The translations under genes and the position numbers were made by a program. 64,000 bases of DNA from the human T2T-CHM13v2.0 reference genome, Homo sapiens. Shown one piece after another: positions 44,540 to 58,518 of this stretch (its first letter is position 1; each line of letters starts with the position of its first letter). The notes beneath the pieces were generated by a model. That model made no database searches. It saw only the letters and a list, made by a program, of their open reading frames with translations, and was not told where the DNA came from. Where the stretch lies: NCBI GenBank assembly GCA_009914755.4, contig CP068257.2, positions 20,672,001 through 20,736,000 of the forward strand, given 5' to 3'.

Positions 44540-45480
44540 TTTGAGATGCAAATTTTCTGCCCAGTCATGCTTGTTACCAGGGGTTCCTTGCTCCCAGAGC
44601 TCCCAAGATGGTGGTGGGCTGCTTCCAAAATGGTGGCAAGCCTCGTGTTCTCTGACCTGGGGTTCTTGGCCTCACGGATTTCAAGGAATGGAATCTTGGG
44701 CCATGCGGTGAGTGTTATAGCTCTTATTAGAAGCCGTGGGTCACGGAAGAGAACTGTGGAACCTACTGACTCCTGTTCAGCTCAATTAGGACGAACCCAG
44801 GCACTTAGCTGTGCAGGAACAAGGGCAAGCCTTTAGCCCAATCAGGAGTGGCAATGGGTGCCTCGCTGGATCAGAAGCACAGCGGACACCCTTCCAGATC
44901 TGGAGGGATGGCAGTCAGCGGTGGGTCTGTGACAGCGGCAAACACCAGTGGTGGGCAGCAAGTGAAAGCTCAGCTCGAGCTGTAACAAACACGGACCAGA
45001 AGAATGCAGTTGCAAGATTTAATAGAGTGAAATAGAGTGAAAACAGAGCTCCCATACAAAGGGAGGGGACTCAAACAGGGTAGCCGTTACTGGCTCGAAT
45101 GCCTGGGTTTATGTCCTGATCATTGTCTCTCCCTCTGTGCTCTTGGGCCATAGATGATTGGCTATTTCTTTACCTCCTGTTTTTGCCTAATTAGCATTTT
45201 AGTGAGCTGTCTTTACTATCTGATTGGTCGGGTATGAGCTAAGTTGCAAGCCCTGTGTATAAAGGTGGAAGCAGTCACCTTCCCAGCTAGGCTTAGGGAT
45301 TCTTAGTCGGCCTAGGAAATCCAGCTAGTCCTGCCTCTCATGCTGACTAACCTGCCGCTCGATGTCCTCTAGTACTTGTGCACTAGCTCATACCAGCAAT
45401 TAAAAACTCTCCTGGAGTTGTTTTAATGTAATTGAGTTCAATCTCTGTTCTCTGTTGCAAGAGTCTTGAATAAAGCCATT
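44540..45480 (-). mobile_element. ERV-type LTR/leader-like sequence (antisense), unclassified
   Basis: The reverse complement contains aagaaccccaggtcagagaacacgaggcttgccaccattttggaagcagcccaccaccatcttgggagctctgggagcaaggaacccctggtaaca, a motif I associate with class I HERV LTR ends. It is unverified. Confidence 0.35.
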
Positions 45481-45984
45481 ATTGCCTGTTTAATATGTCT
45501 GTTGAAATTTTCATTGATTTAATATAGAAAAACTGGAGTTTATTAGTGTTTATATGTATTTGTTTCTTTATATATATTTCTGAGAATATATTCACTTAAG
45601 GTATATGAGAATAGCTGATCTTTCATACCAGGAAATATCAAACCTAAAAGCACATGTCATTATGTAATGTGGATAGAAGTCTTCTTTTGAAACATAATTA
45701 CCCTCCTCATATATGTTCTATCAGATCATTAACATTGCTTAGATAATAAAATATCACAATATAGAGAGATGTAGAATAAAGTGGGAAGTATTTTTCCAAG
45801 CTATTTAGCCAGGATTGTCTCCCCAGAAGAAGCAAGAATAATGCTTTTATTCAAAAGTTAAAAGGAAAATAATCTCAGTGAAATGCAAACTCTTTGACAT
45901 ATAAAAAATGTGGCATATGCACAACTGTAAAATGATCTTTGAAAATTTATTTTTGAAAATAAATCCCAGATGTCATTGATGCCT

Positions 45985-46300
<316 letters not shown>

Positions 46301-48179
46301 GATGCCTTTCATTTTAACTCACTTTGTTTGCAGTTTTGGAGTAGTCTGTGCTATAATTTTGGACAGACTCTATTGTCTGACATGATAACAATTGTAAAAT
46401 ACTGACGAAGGCAAAAACGTGTTCTCAAACTCTTTTGGTAGAGATTTTAAGGGCTGGAAACTCAAAATGGAGTAGTTTGATGTGTCCTTAATCTCTTCTC
46501 AACAGCTAGTGTAGAGTTGCTGACTTTCTCACATCTCTGAGTGAGCAAAGAAAGGAAGTCAAAGGTTAAATCAATCTGTGTTTTAGTAAATAGGATATGG
46601 AAAGCTCAAGTCCACAGCCAGGCTTAACCTGACTTCTGCTTGACCACAACTATTAAGTAGAACACTTAGTAAGTGTACAAAGTCAAGACGCTTGCCCTTG
46701 GCAAGAGAGGAAGAATGAAGGAAAGATAGTAATGAGTCTGTCCTATCACCTGGGAACATGAGAAGGCTACTTATCCTCCTAAGCTTCCCATTCACTGCCA
46801 AACACTGTACAGAAAACAAACAATAGCTTTAGTCTCCTGGCACTGTTACATTACAATCCCAAACCACTTACTCTGTCATTAGTTCTCCATAGTCAAAAAC
46901 TGTGACCTTATCCATAACCACTAGATGTTTTCCAGTGGCCAATAATTACTTTGTTAGTAAAATAAAAGTTGTTTCTAAGGTTCTGTTAAAAAAAAAATGG
47001 GTTCCAAATATTCAATTTGCATTTTCATCCAATATTTATGAGAAAAAAAATACATACTTTGTGGTATACCATATGCTAGTATTATACATGGAAAAGAGGA
47101 TACAATGATGGTTCTACAAGAAATACCGTCTTGTCAGAGACAGATTCCAATGTAGTGAAGGTCAGAGTAATTATCAAATGCACAATTACAGTAATGAAAG
47201 GTACAATAACAGAGAAGTGCCTGGGATATTAAAGTTTGCTAAAATTTATTAAGAACTACAAGCTCTATATCTTAATGTATTACACAAACTCAAGTGTAAA
47301 AAAGAAAGAAACCAACAAAGTTTGAAAAAATACATGTAAATGATATATAAAATATGCTACCTCTTATTTCTTAATGATTATGTACTAAAAGGTTTTTACT
47401 GAATTTTTTCTAATTTTAATAAGATATTAAATTTATAATTACAAAATAATATAAGTGTGTTCAGAGTACTACAGTTTATTCTCTTCTTCAAGTTATTTGA
47501 TAATATTAGCAGAATAAGAAAAAATACCACTGCACAAAGGACAAAAACATACAATTGGTACTCTCTGACAGAAAGAAACACATCTATAAACACTTACTGT
47601 TTATTGGGTGAAATATTAAATATTATTGATCTACAGTTACATGTCTAAAACATTTCATTGATTTTGTTTTGTATTTTTGTTGCTCACACTATGAATGCGA
47701 AAGTAATTACACACACCACAAAAATCTCTTGTATTCATAAACAAAATTATTCCTAATAGAAAAAATAAAACCTACACTGTCACCAAAAGTGTATAAGTGT
47801 TGACTACCTGAGGGTGGATGGTGAGAGGAGGGAGAGGATCAGGAAAAATAACTAATGGGTACCAGGCTTAATACCTGAGTGAGGAAATAATCTGTACAAC
47901 AAATCCCCATGATGCAAGTTTACTTATGTAACAAACCTGCACATTTACTGTTGAACTTAAAAGTTAAAAAAAAGAGAAAACCTAATATTTCTCATTAATA
48001 CTCTACCAGTACCAATCATCAACCTCTTTCAACAGATTAGAAAAAAGATATTCAGATTTTATTGTCATTTTCAGAAAATGTAAGAGAAATTTAATTTTGT
48101 TGGAGAACTGCCAAATGCTTTATTAGCATAATGATTTCAAGGTACAGATTGCTGGAAATAGAGTCTAGAACATAAAGGG

Positions 48180-48900
48180 TAGGAGATTGGTCAGAATGGT
48201 GGGAGAAAATCTAGGGAAAGGGGCAGGCCTTTTGAAAAGTCAGAAGGCTCTGCTTAGCTTCGGTGGAGAATAAACTGAAGGCAGCTCTTCTCTGACCCTG
48301 AGGGAGAGGGCAAGGAGTAGGTACAAAGAAGTATAGGGGAATTTATCCTAAACAGGCTTGTTCACTTACGTTGACCAGGAACTGACCTTTGATCATCCGT
48401 GTGCATGACCCGTTCCCTGTAAGGGGAACAATAAATGTTAATTACCCACAGACTGTGTTTGCCCCAGGCTTTCGGCATTATGTCTGTACTGAGTGAAAGC
48501 AAGCAGCTCCAGCCGTTTGAGACTGCTCACTCTCTGGCCACTAGTGCCAGGCAGTCCCCTAGCTGCTCTAACACTGCATACCTGTGTCTGAGTACTCGTT
48601 TCATCCATCACTAGGCCAAGGTCTGCAGGATGGACCCGGCAATAAAGCTTGTGTATTTGACTGAAATGGGAAATGGTCACAAATTTCTTCATCCTTGGTG
48701 AACTTGCCTCTTTGCAATGCTATTTTCCTGCTACTCTGCTCACCAAGTGGTTGAAAGTACTTCTTCACCTTGTGTAATCAGGGCTGGTCTTGTGATTTGT
48801 GGTGATGGACAGAATGCAGTGGAAGTGCAGTGTAGGAATTCTGATCCTAGTCCTGACCAGGAAAGGAAGTTTCCACTCTCACTTTCTTGACAAATTGCTT
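48180..48900 (+). mobile_element. Unclassified repeat (same family as 59255-59760)
   Basis: Shares gtcagaatggtgggagaa, gcttcggtggagaataaactgaaggcagc and ...gacctttgat blocks with the copy at 59255, at about 70% identity. Contains aataaa motifs. Confidence 0.4.
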
Positions 48901-50799
48901 TGAGGTTGCTATGTGAAAAATCTTGGTTAATCCTATTGGAGGATTAGAAATCACATAAAGCAGAGCTATTGAATCTAAGTTCCTTCAGAACTACCAGCAA
49001 ATACGAGACACGTAAGCCCACTTTGGACCATCCAGCAACAGTAGAGTCACGAGAGAACTAGGGTCTCACAAGTGACCTTAGGCAAAACTTGTGGCAGAAC
49101 TGAACATCTAAGCCCATTCAAAATTGCTGACATACAGGATTATGAACAGCACATAAATCGGTAATTTAAAGTCACAGAGTTTTGTTGTAGTTTGTTATAA
49201 AGAAACGGATAACTGGTAAATCTCTAAGATGTCTATTTTCTGAAATAAAATTAAATCTGTTCAGGAGACCTTGATATAGTTCTTTGAATAATACCTAATA
49301 ATAAAAATAGAAAGTAATATTTATTGGTAAGCAATGTGCTAAATATTTTACATTTATTGCCTCCAATAATTCTCCAAGTAATAAATAATTTTACCTTTCG
49401 TTTTTATTTCCATTGAAAACTAGGATAAGAAATGTTAACTTGAAATTTTATCTGAAGTGTTTTTTCCATATACATGCATTATCTTTTAAAGTAGAGTAAG
49501 ATAAGGCCCAACAATATATAAACTAATTATCCATACATAATTAAGTCATTTGTACTTTTCATAATTTAAAAAATCATTAAAAATAAATCAAAAGTGAACA
49601 TTTCATGTAAGTATACATGACACTTTGAATTCCTAAACTATAAAAGTAATAATCATAAAGAATTAACCTATATACAGTTATTTGCTTATCCAAATTGATT
49701 AAGATGATGCGTACATAAAATGCCATGTCCTTTATACTTAATAATTTATTCTGTATGTGTACTGTTTGTTTAGTTCTGCTAGAGATATGCTGTTCTCAAT
49801 AAAGAATGTTTTGAAAAATACTCTAATGTAATTACTAGATTTCTATAATAACTTGTCAACTGTAACAATTTATTTTCCAGTATATGCTTATTTCAGAAGT
49901 AATTTCTTGGGAACTTAAGGATAAAGAGAAATAATTAAATGTGAGGAATAACACATACATATAAATAAAACAAATGGAAGAACAGAAACAGAAAATATCT
50001 TAATTCAACTTGAGAATAAATTAAATAATATCTTGGGAAAGGGTAAAGATTCTGTGAGATAATAAATACACATTTTTTAAGCTGCTAAATGTCTGAGTAA
50101 TTTATTATGTAGAAATAAATAATTAATACATTGCAAATTAGCAAAATGCTAGAAATATGTAAGGATTCATTTATGTATACCAAATGTAGATGCTTTTGTA
50201 GGTTTACTCCTAATACATTTTACAGGTACTGTATTTAAAGAAAAAATAATGTCTAAAATTTTCATCATTGCAATTCATGGGAAATTGTGTCAGTGTCACT
50301 GTTATTGTAATTACTTGTAAATAGGTAATTGTAACTAGATTGTTAAAGGAGTAATAAATATTGTTAAATGGGAGATACATTTTATAGAACATTTTCTTCT
50401 TACAGCCAAAAAATGTTGAATGTTATTCTACACTGAGATACATTTGACTGGAGAGGATGTGAATGCCTGGTCCAAGATACATATAACAAAGTATATCTTT
50501 AGGAATTTGATATCAGTCTTAAACATAGGATGAAAGACAAAGCTCTTTTATCATCTCCCAAATTCTCATTTTCCTTTTGTATGCCTTTTTCGAAAGCTTT
50601 TGATAATGTATTTCAGATTCATTCATATTGTTTTCTCTTTTATTAGTTTCTTAATTATTCATTTTCCAATTGAGGGGCATTGTGTTGTTTCCAGGTTTTG
50701 GCAATTACAAATAAAGCCCCCATATGTATTTGCTTCCCATATTTGTGTCAACGTAGGGTTTCATTTCAATTGGGTAAATTCCTAACTTGATAAGAAGCT

Positions 50800-53700
50800 G
50801 CAAGTTTTTAGAGTGGACATAATATTTTGTATTTCATTCATCAGTGTGTATGAATACCACCTCCTCCACTAGTTCTTGATATTTTAGATTATTTTATTTT
50901 AAAAATTATTTATTAAATGTCTGTTCAGGGATATCTCATTGTTTTATTTGCATTTTCCTAATGACTAATTTGTTTTCTTGGTATCTATGTCTCTTTTGTG
51001 GTCAGGTATGTGCTTAAATCTTTGTCTCATTTTGAAAATTGAGTTATTCAATTCATTATTATAAAGTGCAGTGTGCTTTTTAAATACTGGAGCTCATTTA
51101 AAAAATCAGATTTCTTATTTTCATTTTTCTTCTACCAGTTTTTAGTTTCTCTTTTATTTCCTTGGCAGTCTCCTTTGAAGATCAGATTTTCTTAATATTG
51201 GTAAAGTCCAATTTTTTTTAATGAATTGGTCTTTTTGTGTCATATCTAACAAAACTTTGCTTAATCTAAGGTAACAAAGATTTTTTTCTACATTTTCATT
51301 TAGAAGGTTTGTATATTTAGGTTTTATAATTAATAACCCATTTAGGGTTACTTTTTGTAACTCAAAGATAATGTGAGGTAGGAATTTACACTTTTTTAGT
51401 TACACTCACACAAACACATACACATTCAGGTTTGTTTTGCAGTTAGGTTAATGATTTCTCATGAGTCACTTTTCTAACTCAAAAATGGTGTAAGAGAGAT
51501 TAAAGTTATTTTATTTGCATAAATGTTTATTTGTTTCATACGATTTCTGTTTGTGTGTTTGTTGAATATCAATTGATTATATATAACTATTTCTGGATTA
51601 TATATTTTGTTCTATTTATCTATATGCCTGTACTTTGTCCAGTAAAAATCTGCCTTGAATAATACAGTTCTATCATAGATATGAATAGGAGGTACTAATG
51701 CCCTTCAAGAACACTTTTGCCTTCTTTTAGAAAATTGTTTTGGGCATTTTAATTTCTTTACCTTTCACCAAATATATTAAGGATGCTACTATCTAATATG
51801 TATATATATATTCATATCTATATTTACTGCAGTGACATTGACTATACTTCTTCTAATGTGTAGATTATGAAGATAATTAACAACATTGAGCATTACAATC
51901 CATGATTATGGTATTTAGCCCTACTTGTGTTTTTTGAATTCTTTTATCAGTGCTTTGCCAATTTTAGCATAAATATATTAAATGTATATAGTAAAAGTTA
52001 CAACTAATTACCTTATTTTCTCAGTGCTATTGTATATGTTATGTTTACTTTTCTTTTCAGTTTTTAATTGTTGCAATCATGTAGAAATGGAATTAAATTT
52101 TGTATAGATAACATATTGAATTTTATAATAGCCTTTTTCCTAGGAAATTGTTAAACATATTTTTTCAGTTCTAGTACATATTTTGAATCTTTCAAATTTA
52201 TACATATAAAATCAGGTGTCAGTAAGTAGATATTTTTATAACTTTCTTTTAAATCTGTATGACTTTGGGTGGGGATAGGTCTTCTTGTATGTCCTAGGGT
52301 CTTCAAAATGTTATTAAATAGAATCGACATTCCTATCTTGTTCCTGATATTATAGGAAAAGCACTTAGTCTTTCATTGTTCAGGATGACATTATCTTAGA
52401 ATTTTCTTAGATGAACTTAAAAAGCTTAAGGATATATTATTTTATTTCTAGTTTACTGAATATTCTTATTGGAGATGGATATTAAATTTGGTCATTCGCT
52501 GCTTCTGCAAATGCAAATGACCAAAAAATTTAAGGTTTTTTTTTTTTTTTTTGGATGAGGTGGTTATTCTTGGTTGGTCTCTTCATATGATTAGTTATAT
52601 TGCTTATTTTTTGTTGTTGAATTTGTTTTGCAACCACCAAGGAAAACACACTTGTCTGTCTGTATTTGCCATTTTACATATTGTTGAATTAAAATTTCAA
52701 CTATTTCTTTAAAATATTGTATGCCCATTTTTATGAGAGATTTTGGTACATAGCCATCTGTTTTTGTAATGTTATTGTCTTTTTTATATATCAGAGCTAT
52801 GCTGTCCTTTAGAATAATTTGGGAGTATTCACTTCTCATCAGTTTTCCAGAAAAGTTGTTTGTGTAGGATTTGGTACTATGTCCATATCAATATTTGGTA
52901 GAATTTACCGTTTAAACTACTTCAGCCTGGTGTGTGTGTGTGTGTATGTTTGTGTGTGTATGTATGTTTGTGTGTGTGTGTGTGCATGTATAAATGTATT
53001 TAACAAATATTCAATTTTTTAAAAAAAGATATAGAGATCTTCTGTTGTTTCAGTAATATTTGCTAGTTTAAAGCAATTTATCTCTTTCATCTAAATGGTC
53101 AACTTTATAGTAAAATGTTCTCTTATTATCTTTTAAAATAAGCAGAATCTGTAGTGATGATCCAGTTTCATTGCTAATGTTGGTCATTTGCATCTTCTAA
53201 CTCATTTTATGCATCAATGTGGTTAGAGGGTAATCAATTTTATTGATGCTCATAAAAAGTGAACTTTTAAAAAATATCTTTTTATTGTCTGTTTTCACTC
53301 TCACTGATTTTTTTATGTTATCTCCATTATTTCTTACTTTTTGCTTCTTTTGGATTTATTTTGCTTTGTGTTTTCTAATTTCATAAGGTAGAAGCTTAGG
53401 TCATGAATTTGAGTTCTGTCTTCTTTTTTAATAAAACAATTTCATGCAGCAAAATTTTCTTTAAGTACAAACCAATACATTTCAGTATGTCCCTTTTTCT
53501 TTTATTCAATTAATAATAAATAGTAAAGTCTATTTTGATTTCCAGTGCAATTCAGTAATAGCATAGTAACATATTTTGGATACTTTTAATTATTTTTAAC
53601 TTGTTAAGGTTTGTTTTAAGGCCTGGAATATGGTATACTCTTTAAATGTTTTAAATTAATTGATGCATTTTGCTGTTGTTAGTTTGGAGTGTTCTCTAGT

Positions 53701-54600
53701 TTTCCACTTTGTCATTTTGGTTTATGGTGTTTTTAAGGTATACTACATAGTTTTTGATATTCTACTTATTTTTTAAAATACTAAGAACAGAATATTGAAG
53801 TTTCTAACAATAGTTATATATTCGATTACTTGTCTTTTAATTTTGTTTTATATTTTTTGGTCAGTTATTAGGTGCATATACATTTATGATTGTATTTATT
53901 CAGTAAAATAATCTCTTTATTATTATGTTATTTTTCTTTATTATCTTTGATATTCTGAAGTATAATTTTTCTGATATCAACATATCTTTTGATTACTATT
54001 TGCCTTGCTCATCTTTTAAATTAAACACATAAATGGTCTTATTTTTAAGTACGACTTATCTGTCTTTCAATGGATGTGGTTAGACAATTTAAATTTATTG
54101 TAGTTTTCGATATTATTGGATAAAAATCTATGATTTGGCTATCCATTTTCTATTTACTTTATTTAATTTTTGTCCTCTTGTCTGCATACTTTGGATTGAA
54201 TATTTTTAAGCTTATTATGTTAATTATTGAAGTATTATTTATATGTGCTTTAAAGTTAGGTATTGTCCTAGATTTTATAATATCTATCTGAATGTTCAGT
54301 GTTTGACAACATATTCGCATTTCAGTTTTTCAGACTCTTGTGATATTTTTACATACATATTTGATGTAATAAATGCTAAAGTCTCACATAAGATTGCTAC
54401 TAATTTTGGCTTTACACTGTTGATATAGTCTACAGCAAACTAAAAAGTTTCAGTAATGTATTTTGTCTTAACTTTTTATTACATATAATAGATAACTTTT
54501 AAAGTTATTTTGATCATATATTTTTACTTATCATAATTTGATATTTTCAACATTTTTCATTCAAAATATACTTTAAAATATATGGTCTAAAATTTCATTT
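50800..54600 (-). mobile_element. Old L1 (ORF2 region, antisense), fragmented and AT-enriched
   Basis: Antisense ORF2 matches such as gtcctagggtcttcaaaatgttattaaatagaatcgacattcctatcttgttcctgatattataggaaaagcacttagtctttcattgttcaggatgacattatc (compare cttccagtactatgttgaataaaagtggcgagagtgggcatccttgtcttgttcctgatcttagaggaaaagctttcag). The extent is approximate. Confidence 0.55.
52930..52988. repeat. Imperfect (TG)n / (TGTA)n microsatellite
   Basis: gtgtgtgtgtgtgtatgtttgtgtgtgtatgtatgtttgtgtgtgtgtgtgtg. Confidence 0.9.
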
Positions 54601-54635
54601 ATTTGTTGTTTTTTCAATTCTATTTTTTAAGATAG

Positions 54636-54916
<281 letters not shown>

Positions 54917-55464
54917 CAATGTTACATTTATTAATGTAGTCTAGAAGCAAAACTTTTAATCCTAAAATATTATTTTTCTCTGATACATTGACAGGTATTG
55001 TATAATTTGTTGTTTCAAAATTCTGTGATGTCCAATTTAAATGGTTCACAGATGTGTTAAATTAAGCTTTGAAAAATACATTTATTTGGATTTAAAATTA
55101 TCTTCATGTTATTTTCCATGATTTATTATATTAAATATTTATTAATATTTCCAGGATTATACAAGCTAATTATGTTTAATTAATTAGTGTTTTCATCTTT
55201 AAAAGCCTAAAATTAGTATTTTTTGATTTCCAGTAATCAATACGGAAAATGAAAATAAAAATACTAATCCTTCAAATGGATAATTATTAGACTGTATGAC
55301 TGATTTACATTTCCTCATAAAGGAATAATGGTTTATTTTATTAATTTTTTTTACATTAGCCTAAAGTCTTATTGTTGTCCATTGTAAAAGATTTCACAGA
55401 TAACATAATAGTTATTGCAGGAAATATTTAGGTTAAATGAGTGAGTGGAAACTTGCAGAAGAAA

Positions 55465-55780
55465 CAGGTCACTCACAGGTGACTCAGTTCTGCATGGCTG
55501 AGGAAGCCTCAGGAAACTTACAATTATGGTGGAAGGGGAAAGGGAAACAATGCACCTTCTTCACAAGCCAGCAGGAAGGAGAAGAGAAAGCAGGGAAAAT
55601 GCCAGATGCTTATAAAACCATCCAATCTTGTGAGACTCACTCATTGTCATGAGAACAGCATTGGGGAAACCACCCCATGATTCAGTTACCTCCACCTGGT
55701 CCCAATCTTGACATGTGGGGATTATGAGGAATACAATTCAAGGTGAGATTTGAGTGGGGACACAGAGCCAAGCCATATCA
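55465..55780 (-). mobile_element. MaLR (THE1/MST-like) LTR fragment, antisense (probable 3' LTR of the disrupted MaLR spanning to 60216)
   Basis: ...cactcattgtcatgagaacagcattggggaaaccaccccatgattcagttacctccacctggtcccaatcttgacatgtggggattatgaggaatacaattcaaggtgagatttgagtggggacacagagccaagccatatca, which is the reverse complement of tgatatgg... Confidence 0.75.
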
Positions 55781-55782
55781 CT

Positions 55783-57840
55783 TATATAGGTGGAATCATG
55801 AAGTATTTATCCTACTGTGTTACCTTATTTCACTTAGCATAATGGACGTTATTGATACTATCAAGTATGGCAGAATTTCATTCCTTTTAAAGGCTAAATA
55901 GCTTTCCATTGTAAACATATATCACATTTTCTACACCCATTTGCATGTCAATGGGTGTTTGTTTTCATATTTTGACTACTGTGAATACTGCTGCAATAGA
56001 CATGAGAGTGCAGATGTCTCTTTGAAATCCTGATTTTTTTTTTTATTATACTTTAAGTTCTGGGACACAAGTTCTGGGACACAGGTGCAAAACATGCAGG
56101 TTTGTTGTATAGGTATACATGTGCCATGGTGGTTTGCAGCACCCACCAACCTGTCATCTAGGTTTTAAGCCCCACATGCATTAGATGTTCCTCCTAATGC
56201 TATCCTTCCCCTTACTCCCAACCCCCAACAGGCCCCAGTGTGTGATGTTTCCCTCCCTGTGTCCATGTGTTCTCACTGTTCAACTCCCACTTATAAGTGA
56301 GAACATGCAGTGTTTGGTTTTCTGTTCCTGGGTTAGTTTGCTGAGAATGATGGTTTCTAGCTTCATCCATGTCCCTGCAAAGGATATGAACTCATTCTCT
56401 TTTTATGGCTGCATAGTATTTCATGGTGTATATGTGCCACATTTTCTTTATAGTCTATCATTGATGGGCATTTGGGTTGGTTCCAAGTCTTTGCTATTGT
56501 AAATAGTGCTGTAATAGACATATACGTGTGCATGTATATTTATAGTAGAATGATTTATAATCATTTGGTTATATACCCAGTAATGGGATTGTTGGGTCAA
56601 ATGGTATTTCTGGTTCTAGATCCTTGAGGAATCAGAGATCCTGATTTTAATTCTTTTGGATCTAGGCTCTGAAGTGGGATTGATGAATCAAATGGAAATT
56701 TTATTTTAATTTTTGTAGTTACTTTCATACTGTTTTACATAATGGTTGCACCATTTTACATTTCCACCAGTAGCATACAAGTTTCCCTTTCTCCACATCC
56801 TTGTCAACATTTGCTATCCTTTAACAAAAAAAAAGCCATTATAACAGGGGTGAAATTTTCATGTCCCTGAAAATTAATAATAATGAGCACATTTTCTTAC
56901 ACCTGTTGGTCATTTGTATGTCTTCTTTGGGTAAAGATTCATCCAGGTCTTTTTCCTTTTTTATATCAAATTGTTTCTTACTTACTATTGAGTTGTAGGA
57001 TCTTTTTATATATTTTGGATATTAACCCCTTACCAAATGTATGATTTGCAAATATTCCTCCCATTCCATATTTTACCTTTTCACTCTTTTGATGGTTTTC
57101 TTGCCTGAGTAGAAAGTGTTTTTAGTTTGTTTTAGTCCCAGTTGTCCTTGAAATCGGAATTACATTATAATTATAATTCTTGAGATAGAAGAATGCATTT
57201 TTGCTTCTGTTGCTTGTCCCTTTGGTGTAATATCCAATAAATCATCTAAAACTTTAACAATTACAGGTCTTATCTTTAATTCTTTAATACATTTTGAGTT
57301 GATTTTTGTGTATGGTGTAAGATAAGATTACAATTTCATTCTCTTCTATGTGAATATCCAGTATCAACTTTTAAGACACCAACAATTTCTCCATTGTGTA
57401 TTTTTAGCACCCTTGCTAAAATTATTTGACCAAGTATATGTGGGTTTATTTCTGTGCTATTTTGTTTAATTGGCTTATTTTTCTGATTTCAAGGCCAGTA
57501 CAATACTGTTTTAATTGTTGTAACTTTATAATATAATTTAATAAGAAAATGTGATGCCTTCAGCTTTGTTCTTCTTTCTTAAGATTGCTTGGGCTATTCT
57601 TGGTCTTTTGCAGTTTCACATAAATTTTGGAACTTCTTTCTCTTTCTATATTAAAAAATCAAGATTTTGGTAGAGATTACACTGGGACTTTAGATCACTT
57701 TAGGTAGTATGGACATTTTAACAGTAATAAGGCTTTCAACTCATGAACATGAGAAAACTTATTCATCAAAAATGAAGAGATAAGGACTTTCCAAATAAAA
57801 TAAAAAAGAATTAATCCTCACTAGATATGCCTTACATCTG
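55783..57840 (-). mobile_element. Old L1 (ORF2 3' half, antisense), 3'-UTR missing, abutting the MaLR LTR
   Basis: ttatttcacttagcataatggacg...ccattttacatttccaccagtagcatacaagtttccctttctccacatccttgtcaacatttgctatcc...tgaatatccagtatcaacttttaagacaccaacaatttctccattgtgtatttttagcaccc. It continues into the left arm of the inverted repeat. Confidence 0.75.
56043..56565 (-). mobile_element. Younger L1PA-like 3' end fragment (antisense), nested in the older L1
   Basis: ctttaagttctgggacacaggtgcaaaacatgcaggtttgttgtataggtatacatgtgccatggtggtttgcagcacccaccaacc...gttctcactgttcaactcccacttataagtgagaacatgcagtgtttgg. It is much closer to the young-L1 consensus than the flanking L1. Confidence 0.7.
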
Positions 57841-57911
57841 ATTTTGCAGGGTACAGTCTCTACAGTTGCTTTCATGGGCTAGCACTGAGTGCCTTCCAAG
57901 CTGTCGATGAA
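57418..57911. repeat. Left arm of a 494-bp near-perfect inverted repeat (L1 antisense plus MaLR-internal antisense)
   Basis: Reverse complement of 58024-58518. I can see one substitution (about 57619 versus 58318) and a 1-nt A-run difference at the outer edge. Confidence 0.9.
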
Positions 57912-58095
57912 TGCAAAGGAGAAATGTGGGGTTGCAGCCCCCACACAGGGTCCCCACTGAAGCACTGACTAGTGGAATTGTGGGAATTGGGCCACAGTCC
58001 TCCAGACCCCACCCAGAAAGATGGATTCATCGACAGCTTGGAAGGCACTCAGTGCTAGCCCATGAAAGCAACTGTAGAGACTGTACCCTGCAAAA
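57912..58095 (+). mobile_element. MaLR internal-region fragment (sense): 112-bp unique centre of the palindrome plus inner part of the right arm
   Basis: gaaatgtggggttgcagcccccacacagggtccccactgaagcactgactagtgg...cctccagacccc and ...gaaagcaactgtagagactgtaccctgcaaaatcag match the MaLR internal sequence at 21825-22010 of this window. Confidence 0.7.
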
Positions 58096-58518
58096 TCAGA
58101 TGTAAGGCATATCTAGTGAGGATTAATTCTTTTTTATTTTATTTGGAAAGTCCTTATCTCTTCATTTTTGATGAATAAGTTTTCTCATGTTCATGAGTTG
58201 AAAGCCTTATTACTGTTAAAATGTCCATACTACCTAAAGTGATCTAAAGTCCCAGTGTAATCTCTACCAAAATCTTGATTTTTTAATATAGAAAGAGAAA
58301 GAAGTTCCAAAATTTATATGAAACTGCAAAAGACCAAGAATAGCCCAAGCAATCTTAAGAAAGAAGAACAAAGCTGAAGGCATCACATTTTCTTATTAAA
58401 TTATATTATAAAGTTACAACAATTAAAACAGTATTGTACTGGCCTTGAAATCAGAAAAATAAGCCAATTAAACAAAATAGCACAGAAATAAACCCACATA
58501 TACTTGGTCAAATAATTT
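58024..58518. repeat. Right arm of the inverted repeat (MaLR-internal sense plus L1 ORF2 sense)
   Basis: Contains L1 ORF2 sense ...catgttcatgagttgaaagccttattactgttaaaatgtccatactacctaaagtgatc...aaagctgaaggcatcacattttc...aaaacagtattgtactgg...gaaataaacccacatatacttggtcaa. Confidence 0.9.
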
